Of a DNA stretch of 41,653 nucleotides, positions 18,580-26,588 are shown piece by piece. A model generated the notes under the pieces. It saw nothing but the letters and a program-made list of their open reading frames with translations. It did no database searches and was not told the DNA's origin. A program made the position numbers and the translations under genes. Position 1 is the stretch's first letter, and each line of letters starts with the position of its first letter. Origin of the DNA: Promethearchaeota archaeon (lineage in GTDB: Archaea; Asgardarchaeota; Lokiarchaeia; Sigyniarchaeales; SOKP01); the NCBI GenBank assembly GCA_018238625.1, contig JABCSY010000028.1, forward strand, positions 1 to 41,653, written 5' to 3'.

Positions 18580-20292
18580 ATGACAAGCCCATATACAGAT
18601 CGTTTTTGGCGTAAAAATTGGGACGAGGGATTAGCGGACTTGGATCCTATCCTATGGGAAACTTCTTTCATAGATGCGGTAAGGAATATTTTTGAGAATT
18701 TTCCGGACAAAATGGCTTTATCTTTTCAAGGTTTAGAAATTACCTTCGGTCAAATAGATAAATCTTCTAACCAATTTGCTCACATGTTAATTGATCAAGG
18801 ATTTAAGAAAGGAGATGTCGTAGGAATTAATCTTCCAAATACTCCGGAGTATGTTATAGCATTTCTTGGGACTTTAAAGGCTGGTTGTATTGTTTCTGGC
18901 GTAAGTCCACTCATGTCAGATGTTCAAATGCATTATCAAATAAATGATTTAGGAGCAGGCAAAAAAAATGTTGCTTTAGTTACTCTCGACGCGATTTTTG
19001 AACATCGATTGAAAAACATAACATCAAAATTACCACAATTAAAGCTTGTAATAACTACTAGCGTAATAGGGTCATTTCCAAAGGAACAACAAGCTAAAAT
19101 TAGGGCTGTTAAAGAGATTCCTTTTGGAAAAGTAACTCCCTTAGAAGGAAAAACTGTTCTCGATTTTCACGATGATATTTTAGCTAAATACCCAACTAAA
19201 CTACCTACAGTTGATGTAACTCCAGATGATATTGCATTTATTCAATACACTGGAGGAACCACAGGACCTCCAAAAGGTGCAATGCTAACTCATAGAAGCG
19301 CAGTTTCAGACCTTATAATTGTTCGAACATGGCTCGGTTGGGAACAGGGGGCAAGGATTGCGCTTTCAGGGTTCCCTTTTTTCCATATAGCGGGTCTATT
19401 TTTCTGCAACTCCTGTCTATTTCTTGGTTGGGGTCAAGTCCTTATAGCGGATCCCAGAGATACCTTAACAATTTGCAATGAAATGAAAAAATATAATCCT
19501 ACGGCACTGGTAAATGTTCCATCATTATTTCAAATTCTTATAAACACCAAAAAATTTAAGAGATTAGATCATTCTAATTTAGATGTTTGTATTTCTGCTG
19601 CGGCCCCATTTCCAGTTGAATCTCAACAAAAATTAGAAGGTATCGTTGGAGCGGGTAAACTATTGGAAGCTTATGGAATGACTGAATGTTCTCCACTCTC
19701 AACAATGAATCCTTACAAAGGAAAACGAAAGTTAGGCTCTATAGGCCTACCTTTATTAAACGTTGAATTAAAACTTGTTGACCCCGAAAGTGGTGAAGAA
19801 GTTCCATTAGGAGAACCAGGGGAGATTTGCGTAAGAGGTCCTATGGTTATGAAAGGTTATTATAACAAACCTGAGGAAACTAAGAACGCAATTGACTCTG
19901 ATGGATTTATGCATACTGGAGATGTAGCAATAATGAGTGAGGACGGATATTTGAGAATTGTAGATCGAACTAAGGATATGATAATTGTCGGCGGTTTCAA
20001 AGTATTTTCTTCTAAAGTAGAGGAAACATTGATTAAACACCCTGCAATTGGAATGGTTGCCCTAATCGGAATACCAAATCCTGATAGACCCGGCTCAGAA
20101 ATTGTTAAGGCAATTCTGCAACTAGATCCTAATTACGAGTATGATGGAAACGAAGAAGCATTGAAAGAGGATATTACAGCTTTTGCTAAAGAACATTGTG
20201 CTCCATATGAAGTCCCCAAAAGACTTGAAATAGCTAAAGAATTACCACTCACAGTAGTAGGTAAAATTGATAAGAAAGCTTTAAGGAAATAA
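18580..20292 (+). CDS. fadD: Long-chain acyl-CoA synthetase (FadD-like), paralog 1
   Basis: YTGGTTGPPKG, FPFFHIAG, YGMTE, GEICVRGP, HTGD, DRTKDMI and LPLTVVGKIDKK motifs. Confidence 0.92.
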   Translation: MTSPYTDRFWRKNWDEGLADLDPILWETSFIDAVRNIFENFPDKMALSFQGLEITFGQIDKSSNQFAHMLIDQGFKKGDVVGINLPNTPEYVIAFLGTLKAGCIVSGVSPLMSDVQMHYQINDLGAGKKNVALVTLDAIFEHRLKNITSKLPQLKLVITTSVIGSFPKEQQAKIRAVKEIPFGKVTPLEGKTVLDFHDDILAKYPTKLPTVDVTPDDIAFIQYTGGTTGPPKGAMLTHRSAVSDLIIVRTWLGWEQGARIALSGFPFFHIAGLFFCNSCLFLGWGQVLIADPRDTLTICNEMKKYNPTALVNVPSLFQILINTKKFKRLDHSNLDVCISAAAPFPVESQQKLEGIVGAGKLLEAYGMTECSPLSTMNPYKGKRKLGSIGLPLLNVELKLVDPESGEEVPLGEPGEICVRGPMVMKGYYNKPEETKNAIDSDGFMHTGDVAIMSEDGYLRIVDRTKDMIIVGGFKVFSSKVEETLIKHPAIGMVALIGIPNPDRPGSEIVKAILQLDPNYEYDGNEEALKEDITAFAKEHCAPYEVPKRLEIAKELPLTVVGKIDKKALRK

Positions 20293-20439
20293 TAAAATCT
20301 ATTTTTTTTCTTATTTTTATTCATCATCAGTTACGACTTTATAAACTACTTATTTTATAATAAAAAGAGTTCTAAGAAGAGAAGAGAACGAATTTGTAAG
20401 AAATTAATAAAATTGCGAAATGAAATATCTAAAAAATTA

Positions 20440-20462
20440 AACTTTATAATAAAATGAATCAA
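20440..20462 (+). promoter_or_regulatory. Promoter block of fadD paralog 2
   Basis: AACTTTATAATAAAATGAATCAA aligns without gaps to the other two. Confidence 0.65.
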
Positions 20463-20534
20463 ATATAATTATAATTATAATAATTTTTTCGAAATATAAA
20501 AATCAAATAATATGAAATAGATGAAAAGAAAAAT

Positions 20535-22241
20535 ATGTCGTATAAAGATAAATTCTGGAAAAAATCCTGGGATGATTATGTAAAAGATTTAGATCCAAAT
20601 GAATTTAATACAACTTATCCCGAAGCAATTCGAAGAACTATGGAAAAGTTTCCAGAGAAGATGGCTTTTGATTATTTAGGAATAACTTTAACCTATAGAG
20701 ATTTAGACGAGACTTCAAACCAATTCGCCAATATGTTAATTGAAAACGGTTTTAAAAAAGGCGATGTAGTCGGTATAAATTTACCAAATACACCTGAATA
20801 TTTAGTGGGCGTCATTGGTACTTTGAAGGTAGGTTGTATTGTTTCGGGTGTTTCACCTCTTCTTTCAGACATTCAAATGCAATATCAATTGAATGATTTA
20901 GGTACAGGAGGGAATAAAGTAGCATTATTAACTTTAGATGCTATATTTGCTGGTAGATTAGTTAAAATAGTTTCAAAATTACCACAATTAAAATTAGTAA
21001 TAACTACTAGCGTAGGAGGCTACCTGCCGAAAATAAAACAAGTATTGGGTAAATTAATTGGTAAGATTCCTAAGGGAAAAGTTACTCCCTTAGAAGGAAT
21101 AACAGTAATTGATTTCCATAAAGATCTCTTGCCTACTTATTCAAAAGAATTACCAACAGTAAAAATAGCCGCTGATGATTTAGCATTTATTCAATATACG
21201 GGTGGAACTACAGGACCACCAAAAGGAGCAATGTTAACCCATAAGAATATCGTTTCTGACATAGTTATATACCAGAAATGGCTTAATTGGGAACCAGGGG
21301 AAGGCGTAGCTCTTTCAGGGTTTCCATTTTTCCATATCGCAGGAACTTTTACTACCCTTAATGTAGTCTACCTGGGTTGGAGTCAGATTTTGATACCAAA
21401 CCCACGTGATTCAGATCACATTATAAAAGAATTGGCTAAATACAAACCAACGGTTTTAGCAAATGTGCCTTCTTTATATCAGATTTTGATGAAAAACCCA
21501 AAATTTAAAGAGTTGGACCATTCGCAATTAAAGTATTGCGTTTCTGCGGCAGCACCGTTTCCAAAAGAATCTCAAAAAGAATTCGAAACAATAGTAGGGA
21601 AAGGTAAATTAATAGAAGCTTATGGGATGACTGAAACATCTCCACTCTCAGCAAGTAATCCATCCAATGGAGTTAAAAAATTAGGAAGCATAGGTCTTCC
21701 TCTAAACAATACGGAAATAAAATTAGTTGATCCAAACACAGGGAAGGAAGTACCTGTAGGAGAGCCTGGAGAGATTTGCGTAAAAGGACCAATGGTAATG
21801 CAAGGATATTTCAATAAACCTGAGGAAACTAAGAACGCAATTGACTCTGATGGATTTATGCATACTGGAGATGTAGGCGTAATGGATGAAGATGGGTATA
21901 TGAAAATCGTTGATAGAACTAAAGATATGATAATTGTCGGCGGTTTCAAAGTGTTTTCAGCCAAATTAGAAGACACCCTAACTAAACATCTTGCTATAGG
22001 AATGGTTGCCACTGTAGGAGTAGATAACCCTGAAAGACCAGGTTCTGAAATCGTTAAAGCGTTTATACAATTAGATCCTGAATATGACTACGACGGAAAT
22101 GAGGACGCTTTAAAGAAAAATATTACAGCATTTGCCAAAGAAAACTGTTCACCTTACGAAGTTCCTAAAATAATTGAAATTGTAAAAGAACTACCACTCA
22201 CGACAGTTGGTAAAGTCGATAAGAAATCACTTCGAAAATAA
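20535..22241 (+). CDS. fadD: Long-chain acyl-CoA synthetase (FadD-like), paralog 2
   Basis: Same adenylate-forming motifs; colinear with paralog 1. Confidence 0.92.
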   Translation: MSYKDKFWKKSWDDYVKDLDPNEFNTTYPEAIRRTMEKFPEKMAFDYLGITLTYRDLDETSNQFANMLIENGFKKGDVVGINLPNTPEYLVGVIGTLKVGCIVSGVSPLLSDIQMQYQLNDLGTGGNKVALLTLDAIFAGRLVKIVSKLPQLKLVITTSVGGYLPKIKQVLGKLIGKIPKGKVTPLEGITVIDFHKDLLPTYSKELPTVKIAADDLAFIQYTGGTTGPPKGAMLTHKNIVSDIVIYQKWLNWEPGEGVALSGFPFFHIAGTFTTLNVVYLGWSQILIPNPRDSDHIIKELAKYKPTVLANVPSLYQILMKNPKFKELDHSQLKYCVSAAAPFPKESQKEFETIVGKGKLIEAYGMTETSPLSASNPSNGVKKLGSIGLPLNNTEIKLVDPNTGKEVPVGEPGEICVKGPMVMQGYFNKPEETKNAIDSDGFMHTGDVGVMDEDGYMKIVDRTKDMIIVGGFKVFSAKLEDTLTKHLAIGMVATVGVDNPERPGSEIVKAFIQLDPEYDYDGNEDALKKNITAFAKENCSPYEVPKIIEIVKELPLTTVGKVDKKSLRK

Positions 22242-22317
22242 TATTTAATATTTTTATTTTTATTTTTTTTCTATAATACATTTTTAAAAGGAATCTCAAT
22301 AAGATTTAGAAAGTTAA

Positions 22318-22340
22318 AACTTTATATTTAAAAGAATCAA
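22318..22340 (+). promoter_or_regulatory. Promoter block of fadD paralog 3
   Basis: AACTTTATATTTAAAAGAATCAA; 79 nt upstream of the ATG, as in paralog 1. Confidence 0.65.
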
Positions 22341-22396
22341 TACTATTTAGTAACAATTTTTTAATGAAAAAAAGTAATAATTTGAGTGAAATTAAA

Positions 22397-24109
22397 ATGT
22401 CAAGCCCTTATAGTTCAAGATTTTGGAAGAAAAACTGGGATTCTGGATTGGAAGATATTGATCCTAAAGAATTTGATATGACGTTTGTTGGTATGAGTGA
22501 AGACGCGTTTGTAGAATATGCTGATAAAATGGCGTTAGAATTTTTGGGAGTAGAGATTACTTTCAAAGAATTAGATAATTATGCGAATCAATTTGCAAAC
22601 ATGTTAATTGAAAACGGATTTAAAAAAGGAGATGTGGTGGGTATATGCCTACCTAATACACCGGAATATATGATAACCGTATTGGGAACATTGAGAGCGG
22701 GTTGTATTGTATCTGGAGTATCACCGCTACTTTCAGCGGTTCAAATTCAATATCAACTCAACGATTTAGGTACGGGCGGTAAGCAAGTCGCGTTAATGAC
22801 GTTAGATGCGGTATTTGCGGGTCATATGGTCAAAATTGCTTCGAAGATACCACAATTGAAATTAATAATAACTACAAGCGTAGCCGGCTTTTTGCCAAAG
22901 ATCAAGCAAATTCTAGGTAAAGCGTTAGGAAAAGTCCCAAAAGGTAAGGTAACTCCGTTAGAAGGAATAACAAATATTGATTTTCATAAGGAAGTTATAG
23001 CGAATTATTCCACAGATCCAGTTGATGTTAAAGTAACTCCTGATGACATTGGATGGATTCAATACACGGGAGGAACTACGGGACCACCAAAAGGAGCGAT
23101 GTTAAGTCATAGAAATTGCGTTTCAAACCAAAAATGCATAATATCCTGGCTTCAATGGAAAAGGGGAGAAGGTGTATTGTGTTCTGGCTTTCCAATGTTT
23201 CATATTGCGGGATTAACCGTTACTGAAGCAGCTGTAGCTTCGGGGTTCAGCCAAATATTGATCCCTAACCCTCGTGATACTAACCATATGGTTAAAGCCA
23301 TGAAGAAATATCGTCCAACAAATTTAGTTAATGTACCCTCTTTATATCAACTTTTAATAAATAATCCAAAATTTAAAGAGATCGATCATTCAGAATTAGG
23401 AACGTGTATTTCTGCAGCAGCTCCATTTCCAAAGGAATCTCAAGAAGAATTGGAAAGCATTATTGGAAAAGGAAAACTATTAGAACTCTACGGTATGACG
23501 GAGACATCTCCCGTATCGACAATGAATCCTTCGTTAGGGTTAAAAAAATTAGGCACTATTGGTATACCATTTTTAAACGTAGAACTCAAAATCGTAGACC
23601 CTGAAACTGATAAAGAAGTCCCCTTGGGGGAACCTGGAGAAATTTGCGTAAAAGGACCGTTAGTAATGAAAGGATACTATAACAAGCCCGAAGAGACGAA
23701 AAATGCGATAGATAAAGACGGATACATGCATACTGGCGATGTAGGGATTATGGACGAAGACGGTTATATTCGAATAGTCGATCGTACAAAAGATATGATA
23801 ATTGTTGGAGGTTTTAAAGTATTTTCAGCTAAATTGGAAGATACCTTGTCTAAACATCCCGCTATTGGAATGGTAGCTACGATTGGTTTGCCCAATCCTG
23901 ATCGTCCTGGATCTGAAATTGTTAAAGCGTTCATCCAGATTGATCCGAGTTATGAATTTGATGGAAACGAAGACGCATTGAGAGAGGATATAACAAAATT
24001 TGCTAAGGAAATGTGTTCGCCTTATGAAGTCCCTAAAATAATCGAATTTACTGAAGAACTACCTCTAACTACTGTTGGTAAAGTCGATAAAAAATCACTT
24101 CGTAAGTAA
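22397..24109 (+). CDS. fadD: Long-chain acyl-CoA synthetase (FadD-like), paralog 3
   Basis: Same motifs. Start set at ATG 22397 because GTGAAATTAAAATG and the N-terminus match paralog 1 (track start 22364). Confidence 0.92.
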   Translation: MSSPYSSRFWKKNWDSGLEDIDPKEFDMTFVGMSEDAFVEYADKMALEFLGVEITFKELDNYANQFANMLIENGFKKGDVVGICLPNTPEYMITVLGTLRAGCIVSGVSPLLSAVQIQYQLNDLGTGGKQVALMTLDAVFAGHMVKIASKIPQLKLIITTSVAGFLPKIKQILGKALGKVPKGKVTPLEGITNIDFHKEVIANYSTDPVDVKVTPDDIGWIQYTGGTTGPPKGAMLSHRNCVSNQKCIISWLQWKRGEGVLCSGFPMFHIAGLTVTEAAVASGFSQILIPNPRDTNHMVKAMKKYRPTNLVNVPSLYQLLINNPKFKEIDHSELGTCISAAAPFPKESQEELESIIGKGKLLELYGMTETSPVSTMNPSLGLKKLGTIGIPFLNVELKIVDPETDKEVPLGEPGEICVKGPLVMKGYYNKPEETKNAIDKDGYMHTGDVGIMDEDGYIRIVDRTKDMIIVGGFKVFSAKLEDTLSKHPAIGMVATIGLPNPDRPGSEIVKAFIQIDPSYEFDGNEDALREDITKFAKEMCSPYEVPKIIEFTEELPLTTVGKVDKKSLRK

Positions 24110-24120
24110 GTAATAATTAA

Positions 24121-24152
24121 TTTCTATTTTTTTTATTTATTTTTACCTTTTT
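24121..24152 (+). terminator. Oligo-T terminator after fadD paralog 3 (similar tracts follow paralogs 1 and 2)
   Basis: Long T-runs directly after the stop codons at 20292, 22241 and 24109. Confidence 0.55.
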
Positions 24153-24196
24153 ATTAACAGAAATTAGAGAATATGGGTTCCGTTACCTATAAAATG

Positions 24197-24976
24197 TTAT
24201 TTATTCTGATTTATTTCCCCTTCAACGATTTCAACAATAAGGGGGAATATATCGCCGATTTTTTCGTGGATTACAACATCCGCAAATGAATCTACATCCG
24301 TTTCTTGAATGTTAATAATTGCGATTTTAGCGCCCAAAGAAAGTGCTTTTCTAGGATAAAATGCCACGGGATATACTAATAAAGAGCTTCCAAGAACAAT
24401 TAATAAATCGCAACTATTAATTATGTCGTCTGCTCGACTTAATATTTCTGAACGCAATGGTTCTCCAAAAAAAATTGCGTTTGGTTTCAATAGGCCATTA
24501 CATACCTCGCATGAAGGACGATTCTCACCCTTCATAACTTGATTTATCATCGTTGTAATGGGAAAGATTTTATTACAACCCATACAAATTGCTTCGTGAG
24601 CTGTCCCATGTAACTCCACAATATTTTTACTATGCGACTTTTGGTGAAGCCCGTCAATATTTTGAGTAAGAATTCCTTTTAATTTACCAAGCTTTTGGAG
24701 TTTAGTTAAAGCTTTATGACCCTTGTTAGGTCTTGCTTTAAATATATTTAATCCCATCTCAAGCATAAAATCTAGATTCTTTTTAGTATCAGATACATAC
24801 GAATGGATGCTCGCAAATTCATCAGGGTTAACTTTTTCCCACAAACCAGTACCTGGGCTCCTAAAGTCCGCAATTCCGCTCTCTGTGCTCATACCAGCCC
24901 CGGTTAACACTACGATGTTGTTGGCATTAAGGATAAGTTGAGCAAATTTTTGATTTTTCGCATTCAAATCCGTCAT
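24197..24976 (-). CDS. cobB: NAD-dependent protein deacylase, sirtuin (Sir2/CobB) family
   Basis: TGAGMSTESGIADFR, TQNIDGLH, ELHG, CMGC..CEVC, FFGE and GSSLLVYP motifs. Confidence 0.93.
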   Translation of the reverse strand: MTDLNAKNQKFAQLILNANNIVVLTGAGMSTESGIADFRSPGTGLWEKVNPDEFASIHSYVSDTKKNLDFMLEMGLNIFKARPNKGHKALTKLQKLGKLKGILTQNIDGLHQKSHSKNIVELHGTAHEAICMGCNKIFPITTMINQVMKGENRPSCEVCNGLLKPNAIFFGEPLRSEILSRADDIINSCDLLIVLGSSLLVYPVAFYPRKALSLGAKIAIINIQETDVDSFADVVIHEKIGDIFPLIVEIVEGEINQNK

Positions 24977-25096
24977 TTAAGAAATTCTCCAAATTTATTT
25001 TAAAGTTTTGTTAAAAATAGACCAAATATTTAATATGATTAATTTTATTTATTGAATATAATATATTATTATAACTATATTAATTATTGAATCTCC

Positions 25097-25657
25097 ATGT
25101 CTGCTACATATTCTAAATTTCAGAAGTCATTCATTTATAAGATTTGCGTTGTTGGGAATGGTGGAGTCGGAAAGACATCCATGGTTCTTAGATACTGCGA
25201 AAATGCGTTTAGAGATAATTACTTAATGACTATTGGCTCAAATTTCAGTACAAAAACTGTGGAATTAGTCGATCATCCAGAATTTCAAGTAAAACTTCAA
25301 TTATGGGATTTAGCGGGACAAAAACACTTCTCCTTCGTTCGTCCACCGTTCTATCGAGGTGCAACGGGCATAATTTACGTGTTTGATTTAACTAGACGCT
25401 CATCATTTGCCGATTTAATAGAGTGGCGGGATGAAGTTGAAAAAGTAATTGGGCAAAAAGCATGCATTTTAGTAGGAAATAAACTCGATTTAGCGAAAGA
25501 GGGAAATAGAGAAGTATCAGAACAAGAGGGGAAAGCCCTTAAGAGCGAACTACACGTATTTAAATATTTTGAAACCAGTGCTAAACAGGGTGATTCAGTA
25601 GAAGATGTGTTTAAGCTTTTAACTTTAGAAATCCTTAAATCCTCGGGTAAAATTTAG
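25097..25657 (+). CDS. Rab-like small GTPase (Ras superfamily)
   Basis: G1 GNGGVGKTS, G2 TIG, G3 WDLAGQ, G4 NKLD and G5 ETSAK; RabF-like IGSNF, KLQLW, FYRGA and VFDLT. Confidence 0.93.
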   Translation: MSATYSKFQKSFIYKICVVGNGGVGKTSMVLRYCENAFRDNYLMTIGSNFSTKTVELVDHPEFQVKLQLWDLAGQKHFSFVRPPFYRGATGIIYVFDLTRRSSFADLIEWRDEVEKVIGQKACILVGNKLDLAKEGNREVSEQEGKALKSELHVFKYFETSAKQGDSVEDVFKLLTLEILKSSGKI

Positions 25658-25700
25658 TTTTCAATGTATAAAATTCTTGAAAAAAGATTTTAAAAAAAGT

Positions 25701-26435
25701 TTAAGTTTTAGGTTCTTCCTTTATTAGATTTAGGAATTGCTCTATTTCGTCCTTCGAGCACTCGTGATATTTTTTGTCTTCAGTCTTAATATAAACAAGT
25801 CTGACGTTCTCTTTGGTGGGAGCTTCATCGTTCGATTCTTTAAGCGTATTAAGCGCTAATTTTATTATCTCGTCGAAAGACATTCCCTCCTTATAATTCT
25901 CTTTTAAATAATCTCTTGCAGTTGCTTCGCCACTTCCTAGAGCGTAAGCTTTAAATGCCCGATAAATCCCACTTGGAGATGTAGTGTAAATTTGAGTGCC
26001 TTTTGCATCAACGGCAACGAAAAAAAGAGCACATCCGAACGGTCTTATACCTCCAAATTGCGTATACTGTTGTTTCATATCTGCTATCGACTTTACAAGC
26101 ATATTCAACCTTACAGGCTCATCATATGTTAAGCGAAAAGATTGCGCTTGAACTCGAGCGTAGTTAATTAAAGTACGCGAATCAGCATGCAAACCCGCAA
26201 TTGCAACGCCAATGTGCTCGTCAACTTGAAATAATTTATCAATGGAATCAGCATCCATTAATTTTGAAGGAATTTTAATTTGAGCCCCTAAACAAACAGC
26301 GTCTTTAGATTTTATAGCTACTGCTAAAGTACCGCGCCTTACAGCCTCTAAAGCATACTCTACTTGGAATAATCTTCCTTCGGGCGAAAATACCGTAAGA
26401 GCTCTATCATACTTTACTTGTCCTCCGCCAAACAT
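25701..26435 (-). CDS. psmA: 20S proteasome alpha subunit
   Basis: YDRALTVFSPEGRLFQVEYA, AGL.AD.R.L, YTQFGGIRPFG and PSG motifs. Confidence 0.95.
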   Translation of the reverse strand: MFGGGQVKYDRALTVFSPEGRLFQVEYALEAVRRGTLAVAIKSKDAVCLGAQIKIPSKLMDADSIDKLFQVDEHIGVAIAGLHADSRTLINYARVQAQSFRLTYDEPVRLNMLVKSIADMKQQYTQFGGIRPFGCALFFVAVDAKGTQIYTTSPSGIYRAFKAYALGSGEATARDYLKENYKEGMSFDEIIKLALNTLKESNDEAPTKENVRLVYIKTEDKKYHECSKDEIEQFLNLIKEEPKT

Positions 26436-26588
26436 TCAATAATCACATTTTTGCTATTATAAATAATTTGAATTATGTGATTATATAATCTAGAGAATTT
26501 TAATTTATTGTTTATAAGCTAAAAATCCTTCAGACTTGTTTATATTAAGGTTTTATTTTTAAAATAAAAAGAATTAAAAAAAAAGATT

